Below, in pieces: positions 1 to 9,600 of a stretch of DNA of 64,000 nt. The stretch's first letter is position 1; every line of letters starts with the position of its first letter. The translations under genes and the position numbers were made by a program. The DNA comes from a virus: IMG/VR virus record IMGVR_UViG_3300017917_002759, positions 36,841 through 100,840 of that record; one strand, written 5' to 3'. Below the pieces are notes generated by a model. The model did not search any database. It was not told the DNA's origin and worked only from the letters and a program-made list of their open reading frames with translations.

Positions 1-765
1 AACGTAGCAGGTAGTTTTAACGTAGGCAGTTTAAGTGCGTCAGGTATTGATAATACTCCGATTGGTTCTATTGGTAGAAGCTCAGGTGCATTTACAACAT
101 TAGCTGCTAATAATTCAGTGACATTCACTGCTAACGTTGCTTCAAGTAGCACCGGAACTGGAACATTAGTAGTAACAGGTGGCACTGGTATTAGCGGAGC
201 ATTAAACTTAGGCGGAGCATTAACGGCTAACGGATCAAACGTAAGCATGAGCTTACAGCCTACTGGAACCGGCACTGTAACTATTGCCCCTAACACTACA
301 GGTAACATCAATAATATGAATGTTGGTGGTACTACCAGAGGAACAGGTGCATTTACAACATTAGCTGCTAATAATTCAGTGACATTCACTGCTAACGTTG
401 CTTCAACCACTACAGGTACTGGAACATTGGTAGTAACAGGCGGATTGGGTGTTAGCGGACAACTCACTGCTGCAACTATCGTCGAAACATCAAGTATAGC
501 ATTTAAAGAAAATGTTAGTCCGATAGATAATGCGTTAGATGCTATCTTACAACTAACAGGAGTGACATATGATCGTAAAGATAAATCAGTCACAAATGAA
601 GCAGGATTGATTGCCGAAGACGTATATAAAGTTATTCCTGAAATTGTAACTAAAGATGCAAACGGAAAACCTTATGGTATTGCTTATACAAAACTAACAG
701 CTTATTTGATTGAATCTATTAAGTCTCTTAAGAAAGAAATTGAGGAATTAAAGGGTAAAAATTAA
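1..765 (+). CDS. Tail fibre protein, C-terminal part with peptidase S74-type intramolecular chaperone (5' partial)
   Basis: Frame open from base 1; Thr/Gly-rich TGTLVVTGG repeats; C-terminal SSIAFKENV...GLIAEDV...YTKLTAYLIESIK chaperone pattern. Confidence 0.85.
   Translation, partial: NVAGSFNVGSLSASGIDNTPIGSIGRSSGAFTTLAANNSVTFTANVASSSTGTGTLVVTGGTGISGALNLGGALTANGSNVSMSLQPTGTGTVTIAPNTTGNINNMNVGGTTRGTGAFTTLAANNSVTFTANVASTTTGTGTLVVTGGLGVSGQLTAATIVETSSIAFKENVSPIDNALDAILQLTGVTYDRKDKSVTNEAGLIAEDVYKVIPEIVTKDANGKPYGIAYTKLTAYLIESIKSLKKEIEELKGKN
83..406 (+). repeat. Exact 63-nt in-frame direct repeat (83-145 and 344-406)
   Basis: caggtgcatttacaacattagctgctaataattcagtgacattcactgctaacgttgcttcaa occurs twice, 261 nt apart. 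Confidence 0.9.
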
Positions 766-766
766 T

Positions 767-1390
767 ATGGCAATATTAAAAAATACCACAGTATCCGGAT
801 CAAACCTATCGGTTTTAATACCGATAGGTACAACTGCCGAACGTCCTGGTACACCTTTAACAGGAATGATTCGTTATAACACTTCTCTTGTAGTCCCAGA
901 AACTTATACGGGACTAGTATGGGAACCATTGTATCCTGTAGGATCTATTATGTACTTTGCAAGAAGTACAGCACCCGATGGATGGTTAAAAGCCAATGGT
1001 GCTAGTGTTTCAACTACAACTTATGCGGCGTTATTTAATAACATAGGATATACCTGGGGCGGCGGCGGAGCCAGCTTTAATCTTCCAGATCTTAGAGGAG
1101 AATTTCCTAGATCATGGGACGACGGTCGAGGCGTAAATAGTGGTAGAAGTTTTGCTTCGGGCGAAGGACAAGATTGGAAAGGATTTTATCAAAGTAATAT
1201 TGGTTCGAATACAACGTCTTACTCCCATGGTGAAATATATATGGGAAAAACAATCTTTGGAACCTTTGCGGGTTCTCCAGGAATGTTTGGCGGACGATGG
1301 GCAGCACCTGCTGCTGCTATTGGTACTGCTTGGGACGGTTCAGAAATTAGACCAAGAAATCGAGCATTATTAGCTTGTATTAAATATTAA
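767..1390 (+). CDS. Tail-collar domain fibre protein, paralogue 1
   Basis: GTTAERP N-terminal motif; PDGWLKANGA...LPDLRGEF.R...RPRNRALLACIKY collar signature. Confidence 0.85.
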   Translation: MAILKNTTVSGSNLSVLIPIGTTAERPGTPLTGMIRYNTSLVVPETYTGLVWEPLYPVGSIMYFARSTAPDGWLKANGASVSTTTYAALFNNIGYTWGGGGASFNLPDLRGEFPRSWDDGRGVNSGRSFASGEGQDWKGFYQSNIGSNTTSYSHGEIYMGKTIFGTFAGSPGMFGGRWAAPAAAIGTAWDGSEIRPRNRALLACIKY

Positions 1391-1406
1391 TAACATAGGA
1401 ACAAAA

Positions 1407-1766
1407 ATGAAAATTTACAATTATCATCCAGATACATATGAATACTTAGGCGAAGGAGTAGCAGATCCCGATCCTCTCGAGCCAGGTAATTGGTTAATAC
1501 CTGGAAGTTCCGTAACTTTTTCTCCGCCAGATCCAGTCGAAGGAAAGAAAATACATTTTGAAGATGGTGCTTGGGTATATAAGGATATTCCACCTCCGCC
1601 CGAAAATCCAACTGATAACTTTACCTATTCAGACTTTAGAAAATTTGAGTATCCAGATTTCGCTGATTATCTCGACGGTATTGTTAAAGGTGATCAACAG
1701 CAGATTGACGACTATATTGCTAAGTGTCTAGCAGTTAAAGCAAAGTATCCAAAACCTACGGAGTAA
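1407..1766 (+). CDS. Tail fibre assembly-like protein
   Basis: IYNYHPDTYEYLG..ADPDPLEPGNWLIP pattern of Tfa-like proteins; lies between fibre genes. Confidence 0.65.
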   Translation: MKIYNYHPDTYEYLGEGVADPDPLEPGNWLIPGSSVTFSPPDPVEGKKIHFEDGAWVYKDIPPPPENPTDNFTYSDFRKFEYPDFADYLDGIVKGDQQQIDDYIAKCLAVKAKYPKPTE

Positions 1767-1775
1767 ATTTTAAAG

Positions 1776-2384
1776 ATGGCAACCCTTCAAGGTTTAACTG
1801 TTAATGATACAGGTTTCCTTAGACTAGCAGTCGGAACTACTGCACAACGACCGGCAGCACAGATCGGTGCTGCTCGATTTAACACCACTACTCAACAAGA
1901 AGAGTGGTCAGACGGTGTCACATGGTATGAATTAGTTCCAACTGGTGCTGTTAGATATTTTGCAAGAAATTCTGCGCCCGACGGTTGGGTTAAAGCTAAC
2001 GGTGCAGGTCTTTCTACTTCTACATATGCAAATTTGTTTGCAGTAATAGGTTATACTTGGGGCGGTTCGGGAGGAACATTTAACGTGCCCGATATGAGAG
2101 GAGAATTTCCAAGAGTCTGGGATGACGGCCGAGGAGTAAATTCTGGTCGAAGCTTTGCTAGTTTTGAAGATCAAGACTGGAAAGGATTTTATCAAAGTAA
2201 CGTAGGTTCGGGCACCACTGCATACTCTCACGGACCAGTATATATGGGTAAAACTATCACAACCTATACTGGTAACTTATTTCTAGGACACTGGTCAGCT
2301 CCGGGTTCTTCATGGGGTACAGCTTGGGATACTTCTGAAATTAGACCAAGAAATGTATCATTATTAGCATGTATTAAGTTTTGA
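1776..2384 (+). CDS. Tail-collar domain fibre protein, paralogue 2
   Basis: Same collar motifs as 767-1390. Confidence 0.85.
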   Translation: MATLQGLTVNDTGFLRLAVGTTAQRPAAQIGAARFNTTTQQEEWSDGVTWYELVPTGAVRYFARNSAPDGWVKANGAGLSTSTYANLFAVIGYTWGGSGGTFNVPDMRGEFPRVWDDGRGVNSGRSFASFEDQDWKGFYQSNVGSGTTAYSHGPVYMGKTITTYTGNLFLGHWSAPGSSWGTAWDTSEIRPRNVSLLACIKF

Positions 2385-2393
2385 GGTATTAAC

Positions 2394-3005
2394 GTGGCCA
2401 CTTTAAAAAATATTACTATTGACGACACTGGAGCATTTGTTTTTCCTAGCGGAACAACTGCACAAAGACCGTCGCCGACAACAGGAATGATTCGTTATAA
2501 TACAGATATTGCTGCTCCTGAATTTTATACTGGATTAATATGGACCCCATTAATACCCACCGGAGCTATAGAATTATTTGCAACCTCAACAGTTCCTCAA
2601 GGCTGGCTAAAAGCTAACGGCGCATCAGTTTCAACTACAACTTATGCGGCGTTATTTAATGCCATAGGATATACCTGGGGCGGCGGCGGAGCCAGCTTTA
2701 GTCTTCCAGATCTCAGGGGAGAATTTATTCGTGCTTGGGATGATGGAAGAGGAGCAGATAGCGGAAGAGGGTTTGCTTCATTCCAAGACCAAGATTGGAA
2801 AGGTTTTTATCAAAGTAACGTAGGTTCAAACACAACAGCATATAGCCACGGTCCAGTATATATGGGCAAAACAATCTTTGGATCTTTTACAGGTAACTTA
2901 TTCGGTGGTAGATGGGCAGCTCCTGCCGCTGCATCCGGAACTAGATGGGATACTTCAGAAATGCGTCCAAGAAATCGAGCTCTAATGGCCTGTATTAAGT
3001 ACTAA
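2394..3005 (+). CDS. Tail-collar domain fibre protein, paralogue 3
   Basis: Same collar motifs; GTG start. Confidence 0.85.
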   Translation: MATLKNITIDDTGAFVFPSGTTAQRPSPTTGMIRYNTDIAAPEFYTGLIWTPLIPTGAIELFATSTVPQGWLKANGASVSTTTYAALFNAIGYTWGGGGASFSLPDLRGEFIRAWDDGRGADSGRGFASFQDQDWKGFYQSNVGSNTTAYSHGPVYMGKTIFGSFTGNLFGGRWAAPAAASGTRWDTSEMRPRNRALMACIKY

Positions 3006-3049
3006 ATCAATTATACTCTTAGATTAATTTCTCGAACATATATAATCGT

Positions 3050-3787
3050 ATGTTCAGAATTAAAAAACAAAAAAATTCATTTAAATTCTATTCTTCTCTG
3101 CCAGCAGTTACTAAAGAATTTCCAATAATAGAATCAAAATCGTTTAAAAGAAATTGGATTAGACCTGTTGCAGAATCTTATAAATCCATAACTTCCGATA
3201 TTAAAAATTTTGGAATTCCTTTTTCTGGAGCAATAAAATGTCCAGGAATTTTTTCTGCAATGAATACTGGTTGGATTTTAACTTCTTGGTTTGATTTCAT
3301 TATCGAAACTAAAAATAACGGAGAATCGTGTAGTTTTAAAATTCCGCCGTTTTTAAAAGACGAGGTAAAATTTTCAAATTACAATCAACCGTTAATTAGT
3401 TTTATGAATTTAAATCTGCCTACTATGAAAATTCCGGTACCAAATAATTCATTAGATATTTTAATAAAAATAACTACTCCGTGGGCAGTAGAAATACCTA
3501 AAGGTTGGAATTTATTGGTATTACCAGTTAGTTATTCAGATGATGTTAGATTTACTGCAAGCACAGGTATTTTAAAACCCGGTGATAGAGAAATCAATCC
3601 TCAGTTATTTTGGCATCAAGGTGATGGAACAGAACTTGTAGAAGCAGGAACACCTCTTTGTCAATTAATTCCTATACCAGACAATCAAGTTAATTTTGAT
3701 TTTGATTGTCTAGATTACGATGAAAATCAGAAAAAAGAGCAAGCAAGATATTCCTTCAAAAATGTTTGTAGGTTTATAACAAAATGA
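3050..3787 (+). CDS. 'KCPG' family protein 1 (possible dUTPase-like fold)
   Basis: KCPG, PW.VEIPKGW and AGTPLCQLIP motifs shared with the next two ORFs. Confidence 0.6.
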   Translation: MFRIKKQKNSFKFYSSLPAVTKEFPIIESKSFKRNWIRPVAESYKSITSDIKNFGIPFSGAIKCPGIFSAMNTGWILTSWFDFIIETKNNGESCSFKIPPFLKDEVKFSNYNQPLISFMNLNLPTMKIPVPNNSLDILIKITTPWAVEIPKGWNLLVLPVSYSDDVRFTASTGILKPGDREINPQLFWHQGDGTELVEAGTPLCQLIPIPDNQVNFDFDCLDYDENQKKEQARYSFKNVCRFITK

Positions 3788-4530
3788 TATTTAAGAAAAA
3801 ACCAAAATTTAAATTTTATTCGAGCGTTCCGGGTGTAGTTGAGCAATATCCTATTTTATCAACAAAGGAAGTTCGACACTTATGGATTAAAAAAGCTTTA
3901 GAAATTTATAAAAAAAGAACATCAAATTTATCATCTTATGGTCCTCAATGTGTCAGTGCTGCAAAATGTCCAGGAATAAAAGATTTAGGAAATTTAGGTT
4001 GGACTGTAACTACTTGGTTTGACTTAATTATTGAAACTAACGGAAAAAATCAATTTGCATGGAAAGTACCTGCAACATTTCCGCAGAGCCTGCAACAAAT
4101 AACTAATTATGTAAAAGAACCTATAAAAGTTATAGACCTAACTCATTTAGAAAATCAAGTTCCAGTTCCGCCGTACAGCTTAGATTTGTTAGTTAAAATT
4201 TCAATGCCGTGGAGCGTGGAAATTCCTAAAGGTTGGAATTTATTAATGGTTCCTATTAATTACTCCGATGATACGAGATTTCAATGCTCTAGCGGAATTT
4301 TACGATCTGGAAATTTTGTAGAAGTTAATCCTCAGATATTTTGGAACGTATTATATGGACAAGAATTAATAAAAGCAGGAACACCTCTTTGTCAATTAAT
4401 TCCTATACCTGATCAATCTTTTGATATTGAACATCACTGTCTGAACATAACAGAAGAAGAAACGGCTCGAAAGAATAGTTTCTATTTTAGAAAAGGATGT
4501 ACATTTTTAAGGAATCCAAATGTTGTTTAA
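3784..4530 (+). CDS. 'KCPG' family protein 2
   Basis: Paralogue; ATGA-coupled to previous gene. Confidence 0.6.
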   Translation: MIFKKKPKFKFYSSVPGVVEQYPILSTKEVRHLWIKKALEIYKKRTSNLSSYGPQCVSAAKCPGIKDLGNLGWTVTTWFDLIIETNGKNQFAWKVPATFPQSLQQITNYVKEPIKVIDLTHLENQVPVPPYSLDLLVKISMPWSVEIPKGWNLLMVPINYSDDTRFQCSSGILRSGNFVEVNPQIFWNVLYGQELIKAGTPLCQLIPIPDQSFDIEHHCLNITEEETARKNSFYFRKGCTFLRNPNVV

Positions 4531-5257
4531 AAAAGAAAAAATTGAATTTTATTCAACAAATGTAAATTCGTTATATTCTTTTCCGATCGAACCAGCCTCT
4601 AAAATAAAATTTAGTTGGTTAGAAAGGATGCGTACAACTCTCAAAAATAATCCTAAATATCAGTATCATCATACTTCCAAATGTCCGGGAATATTTACAC
4701 CTTATAAGTATGGATTTGTACTGAGAACTTGGTATGATTTCAAAGTTATCACAAATGGAGATTTAATGAATATCGAATTTCCTAATAACGATATATTTTT
4801 GAATACCAACGAAGGAATAAGTCATCACGATCCGGATTGGCTTGTAAATTTTTTCGACAATCAAACGATTGAAGGTAAAAAATGTCATCAAAGTACAGTT
4901 AAAATTAGCACTAGCTGGCATGTTCATTTACCTAAGGGATGGTTATTATTGCAAACTAATATACCCTACAACGAAGAAAATCGATTCACACCTGCAACTG
5001 GAATATATGATCCAACAGTTAATAATCAAATAACAGTACCTTTATTTTGGCATGAATTAAAATCGGAAACCCTTGTAGCAGCAGGTACACCATTATGTTA
5101 TCTGCTACCGATAAAAATAGGTGAGTTTGATTACGAAGTTCGAGAATCGACTCGAAGAGAAGACCAGTGGATGATTTTTAATCTAAGAAGAAATAATACT
5201 TTTTTAAGAAACTACGATTTAATGTCTCGAGTTTCTAAGAAATTTTTTCAAAAATAG
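4520..5257 (+). CDS. 'KCPG' family protein 3
   Basis: Paralogue (KCPG, PKGW, AGTPLC). Confidence 0.6.
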   Translation: MLFKKEKIEFYSTNVNSLYSFPIEPASKIKFSWLERMRTTLKNNPKYQYHHTSKCPGIFTPYKYGFVLRTWYDFKVITNGDLMNIEFPNNDIFLNTNEGISHHDPDWLVNFFDNQTIEGKKCHQSTVKISTSWHVHLPKGWLLLQTNIPYNEENRFTPATGIYDPTVNNQITVPLFWHELKSETLVAAGTPLCYLLPIKIGEFDYEVRESTRREDQWMIFNLRRNNTFLRNYDLMSRVSKKFFQK

Positions 5258-5830
5258 TTACTGAAAACTATCTCCGTGTATCCATCCTACTATGCAATAT
5301 CGAATTCCTTTAGTAACCTCAGTTACTCTATGAATTAGATATGACGGAAAAATTACAATACTTCCTTTCCTAACACTAGTATATTCAGAAAAAGACGGAA
5401 TAAACTCTAGAGTCCCGCCTTCAAATTCGTTAGGATCAGATAGTAGAATAGAAAAACTTAATTTTCTAGTAGATATATTTGTAGGACCAAAATCATTGTG
5501 CCAATCATAGTGCGATTTTTCTGCATCAGTATATCTAAACATTAACGGGGGGTCGTAGTCCTCAAATCCTTTAATGTTAAAATTGTAGAATTTTTTATTA
5601 GCATCAAAAACTTTTTCTAAAATTTTTGATGTAACAAGTTTAGGAAGTTCTTTCATCGCGATTTCAACCACTCGTATATCGTCCGTCTTACCAGTAATTT
5701 TAGAACCTATTGTTTTTCCGCTGACCCACTTATCGTCTAATATTTTTATCAGTGTGTCACACTCTTGAGTAGAAAACATATTTCCAACAATGATTAAATT
5801 TAGAAATTCGTTTTGTTTATTTTTATTCAT
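5258..5830 (-). CDS. 2OG-Fe(II) oxygenase (prolyl-hydroxylase/PKHD-like)
   Basis: YDWHND (HxD), RKLSFS, FEGGTL, FPSYLIHRV, GIRYCIVGW; start moved to ATG 5830, which couples to the upstream gene. Confidence 0.9.
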   Translation of the reverse strand: MNKNKQNEFLNLIIVGNMFSTQECDTLIKILDDKWVSGKTIGSKITGKTDDIRVVEIAMKELPKLVTSKILEKVFDANKKFYNFNIKGFEDYDPPLMFRYTDAEKSHYDWHNDFGPTNISTRKLSFSILLSDPNEFEGGTLEFIPSFSEYTSVRKGSIVIFPSYLIHRVTEVTKGIRYCIVGWIHGDSFQ

Positions 5831-6365
5831 TATGATGAAGTCTATTAACAATTTGATCGTGTGCGTGATTAGCATAAGGACCATTTTTTCTAACATAATG
5901 AAAAAATGCTTGCGTCTGCCAATTTTGATGAATCATTTGATCTCTCCAATGCTCAATAGCACACCCTCGGTATATACAAGCATCGCCACGATTTAATATT
6001 ATCTGAAAATCTTGATCATTGCTTCTTGCCCAAAACGACCACGGTGACAGTGCATAATCTAGAGTAATTGTAAAACTGATTTCACAAGATTCTCTATCCA
6101 CATGTCTTTTTAAAATTTCTCCCCATTTATAAATTCTAGAATAATTATATGTTGGGATCAATTCCTCTCCCACTTCGTCTTCTACTTTTTTATGACACAA
6201 CGCTTGTATATCATTAAAAATTCCGTAAAAAGAAATGCTTTTTTTACATTGTACATCGTTGTAGTTTATGTTCGCTCCAGTTTGTTCAGACAAAAACATT
6301 CTCTGAGACATCGATCGACATATATCGTCTTTTATGAATTTTTTTGAAATAATAAAATCTTTCAT
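5823..6365 (-). CDS. 2OG-Fe(II) oxygenase-like protein
   Basis: YSRIY..G..LKRHVDR.SCEIS, GDACIYRG, EHWR, QAFFHYV. Confidence 0.75.
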   Translation of the reverse strand: MKDFIISKKFIKDDICRSMSQRMFLSEQTGANINYNDVQCKKSISFYGIFNDIQALCHKKVEDEVGEELIPTYNYSRIYKWGEILKRHVDRESCEISFTITLDYALSPWSFWARSNDQDFQIILNRGDACIYRGCAIEHWRDQMIHQNWQTQAFFHYVRKNGPYANHAHDQIVNRLHHNE

Positions 6366-6366
6366 C

Positions 6367-8010
6367 TTAATTTACAATTTTTCCTATTTCTGGAAACCAC
6401 ACATAATCAAGATGAGAATTTTTTAAAGTTTCAATTGCTTCTGCAGGCTCTTCTATAAGCGGTTTTCCTGCTAAATTAAAACTAGTATTAAGTAAAACAC
6501 CGAAACCTGATATTTTTTTAAACTCAGTTAGCAACTCATAGATATGACCATCCTTGCTTGTAACTGTTTGAATTCTACATGTATTATCTGCATGAATTAC
6601 TCCTGAAATTTTGTTCCTTGCATCGGGCTTTACTGGAAAGCTCATAGTCATAAATGGACAGCTTGTAATGTGCCCCATTTCAAAAAATAAAGGAGCATCC
6701 TCTTCTAACACCATGGCAGCAAATGGTCGATACCATTCTCTGTTTTTAATTTTATTAACGATATCTTTTGCATCGGGGTGTGCTGGATTAAAAATAATCG
6801 ATCTATTACCCAATGCTCGCGGACCGCTTTCTGCTAGTCCGTTATATATTCCAACGCTTTTGTAATTATATAAAAGTTTAGCAATGTCTGATACATTACA
6901 CGATTCTCCCTCAATTCCTTCAAGAGAATATTTTTTTCCATGCACAAACGTATGCTGTATTGGTTTGATTACTGGATCCTGCGATTCGTTCCGATAAACA
7001 TACATAGCTCCTCCTAAACTGTTACCAGAATCATCTGCTAATGGTTCAAAGTAAAATTCAACATCCGGAAATTGAGTAGTATAGTAGTGATTTGCTACAA
7101 TATTTAATCCATAGCCGCCGGTTATGCATATCTTCTTCAGGCCTGTTTTTTCTATAGCTTTTTTTATCAAATGACAAACAGCTTCCTGTGACTGAACTTG
7201 AACTTGGTAAGCATAGTCTGCAAAAAATTGATAATTTTCTTTTGTTATATTTTTTCTAGAATGCACTTGTAATTCTTTATTAATAGCATACCACGATCCA
7301 GGAACTTCTGAACGGTCAAATAATAAATCGTTAGGAATATTTCCTGATAAAAATAATTTTGGAGCATTTGGATTAGGTCTCCCGTATGATGCTAATCCCA
7401 TAGTTTTTCCGTTTTCTAATACGCTCTGCTGGATTAGGGATGTTGCTGTTTCATAAACAGAAACTATACCGTACATGCTCTTGCATTGATGTTCGCACTT
7501 AGGATTTTTTTCGTATTGTTTTTGCATCCATCTATGTGTTTCGGCATTATATACATCAAACCAAAAATTCTTATATATTTCATGAAAATAACAAGGATAA
7601 CTTGCTTTAAAAATAGTTTCACATTCTCTAATATTATCATTTGCGTAAATCGATCCACTTCGATCAACAACAATAATTGCAGCTTCTTCAAACCCGCTAT
7701 TATAAAAAGCTAATGCAGCATGTTGAAGATGGTGTGTTTTAGAAAGATCAACAATAGCCTTCAACCCAGTTTTTTTCTGTAGATAAAATAGCCAGGTCAT
7801 TAGTGCCGGATGATCCGGGGCTGGTGCTCCTATAACGGCGTGATCTATAGGTCCTTTGGCTTCGGCTATTGCTCTATCAACTGATGCAAAAGGCTCGGCA
7901 TCTCTTTTCCATTTGGTCAGCCGTTCCTCTTTATAAAAAAGTTCTACTTCTCCGTCGTTGATGATACCAACCGAAGAATCGTGTAATGGACTGACACCTA
8001 ATACTCTCAT
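6367..8010 (-). CDS. Carbamoyltransferase (NodU/CmcH family)
   Basis: HDSS, EERL, HHLQHA, GKTMGLASYG, ESGPRALGNRS, REWYRPFA, LNTSFN. Confidence 0.93.
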   Translation of the reverse strand: MRVLGVSPLHDSSVGIINDGEVELFYKEERLTKWKRDAEPFASVDRAIAEAKGPIDHAVIGAPAPDHPALMTWLFYLQKKTGLKAIVDLSKTHHLQHAALAFYNSGFEEAAIIVVDRSGSIYANDNIRECETIFKASYPCYFHEIYKNFWFDVYNAETHRWMQKQYEKNPKCEHQCKSMYGIVSVYETATSLIQQSVLENGKTMGLASYGRPNPNAPKLFLSGNIPNDLLFDRSEVPGSWYAINKELQVHSRKNITKENYQFFADYAYQVQVQSQEAVCHLIKKAIEKTGLKKICITGGYGLNIVANHYYTTQFPDVEFYFEPLADDSGNSLGGAMYVYRNESQDPVIKPIQHTFVHGKKYSLEGIEGESCNVSDIAKLLYNYKSVGIYNGLAESGPRALGNRSIIFNPAHPDAKDIVNKIKNREWYRPFAAMVLEEDAPLFFEMGHITSCPFMTMSFPVKPDARNKISGVIHADNTCRIQTVTSKDGHIYELLTEFKKISGFGVLLNTSFNLAGKPLIEEPAEAIETLKNSHLDYVWFPEIGKIVN

Positions 8011-8013
8011 TTT

Positions 8014-9600
8014 TTAATCCTCAAAATAATAATTGGTTTTTAGAAAATCATATAAGGTTTGTTCTTGGTTAGCAGCTTCCTCCCAGCGCGATTTTCTTCT
8101 TTCAAATTCTTTAAACATTTGATCGTATTTAATTTTATGATCAGTTAAATCTTGTGTTTGAAATATTTTTTCAGTAATATCGTCAAATACAAAATAGTTC
8201 ATTCCTGCCGCCACCCAATTAATTCCCGATGTATCCGGCAAAGAATAATCATACATTTTACTTTGCGATAATGTATTAAATCCGCCAATTAATTGATTAG
8301 GAACTATAAATTTTAGATATTCTCTTTGAGAATTTTCCTTCCAATAATTAGTATCGTCTCTAATACTCAACGCATAATGCAAAGAAATAAATTCTGCAAA
8401 CGACCTAAACATATTATAGGTTGTTTTATTATATACATCTCGATCCCATTGGGTTATTGAGTTTTTTGATATTGTTTTTAATAATTTGAACAAAAATTCA
8501 TGGACACTGTATAGGCCGTTAGATTCTAAAGGCTCTAAAAACCCTGCACTTAGTCCTATAGCAACTACATTTTTTACAAATGTTCGTTCATGAATCCCTA
8601 CACGCATCGTTACATCTTTAAATTTTAAATTATCTATTTCTTCTTTTGATCTAGGAATTAACATTTTGTTCGACATGAGATAATTTTTAAATTCTTCAAG
8701 TGCATTATCTGGATCTATATGTTTATCTGAATAAACATATCCAGTCCCTAATCTGCTCCATAGCGGAGTATTCCACACCCATCCATGCCCTATTGCGGTA
8801 CAATGTGTAAATGGTTCGATTTCTTTCGGCTTATCTTTATAAGGAACTTGGCATGCCCAAGCTCGGTTATTAATTAAAATATCTTCAAAAGATTTAAATG
8901 GTTCTTTTAAAGTTTGTCCTATTAATAAACTTCTAAACCCGGTACAATCGATATAAAGATCTGAAACAACAGTGTCACCGGTGTCTAAAATTAATTCTTT
9001 TATTCCGTAGTCGTCTGTTTTTATATCAGTAACAGTGGCTGGTATTAATTTAACACCCCGAGGCAGACAATATTTTAATTTTAACCAAGCTCCGAATTTA
9101 GTAGCATCAAAATGATATGCTACATCATTCTTTGGGGTAAAATTATCAAAGTTTTTTTTAGAATTTAAACTAAACTTGTTGTTTCGAAATAGTGCTGCTG
9201 AAGGAAAATAACAATCTACAAAATCTTGATTTGGAGTTTCCGGGTACAGTGCTTTTTTAATTAACCAGTCTTGAGTAGATTTTGAAACATTGTTTAAAAC
9301 CGGCGCACCGAAAGGGTAATGAAACGATCCAGAATCCTTTTCGTAAAAATCAGTAAATTTAATGCTCATTTTAAGAGTAGCATCTGTATATTTTATAAAA
9401 TCTTTTTCATCTATATCAAGATAATGACAAAAAGTTTTAATTGCACCTAAGGTACTTTCCCCAACACCTATAATAGGAATGTTTGGACTTTCTATCACAG
9501 TAATTTCTTTTTCTGGAAAAGATTTTACAAATGCAGCGGCCGACATCCAGCCCGCACTTCCTCCACCGACGATTGTGATAGTGTTAATTTTTTTAATCAT
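8014..9600 (-). CDS. Flavin-dependent (tryptophan-halogenase family) halogenase
   Basis: GGGSAGW, GVGEST, catalytic-Lys region DATLKMSI, DCTGF, GWVWNTP, GFLEPLESNG. Confidence 0.92.
   Translation of the reverse strand: MIKKINTITIVGGGSAGWMSAAAFVKSFPEKEITVIESPNIPIIGVGESTLGAIKTFCHYLDIDEKDFIKYTDATLKMSIKFTDFYEKDSGSFHYPFGAPVLNNVSKSTQDWLIKKALYPETPNQDFVDCYFPSAALFRNNKFSLNSKKNFDNFTPKNDVAYHFDATKFGAWLKLKYCLPRGVKLIPATVTDIKTDDYGIKELILDTGDTVVSDLYIDCTGFRSLLIGQTLKEPFKSFEDILINNRAWACQVPYKDKPKEIEPFTHCTAIGHGWVWNTPLWSRLGTGYVYSDKHIDPDNALEEFKNYLMSNKMLIPRSKEEIDNLKFKDVTMRVGIHERTFVKNVVAIGLSAGFLEPLESNGLYSVHEFLFKLLKTISKNSITQWDRDVYNKTTYNMFRSFAEFISLHYALSIRDDTNYWKENSQREYLKFIVPNQLIGGFNTLSQSKMYDYSLPDTSGINWVAAGMNYFVFDDITEKIFQTQDLTDHKIKYDQMFKEFERRKSRWEEAANQEQTLYDFLKTNYYFED

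Noticed and set aside
1007-2713. Diversity-generating retroelement TR/VR pair in collar genes (the 3 mismatches in the 86-nt repeat all fall on adenines of copy 1)
   Set aside because: No reverse transcriptase in the window, both copies lie in the conserved collar domain of intact genes, most adenines are unchanged and flanking differences are not A-specific; gene conversion is simpler
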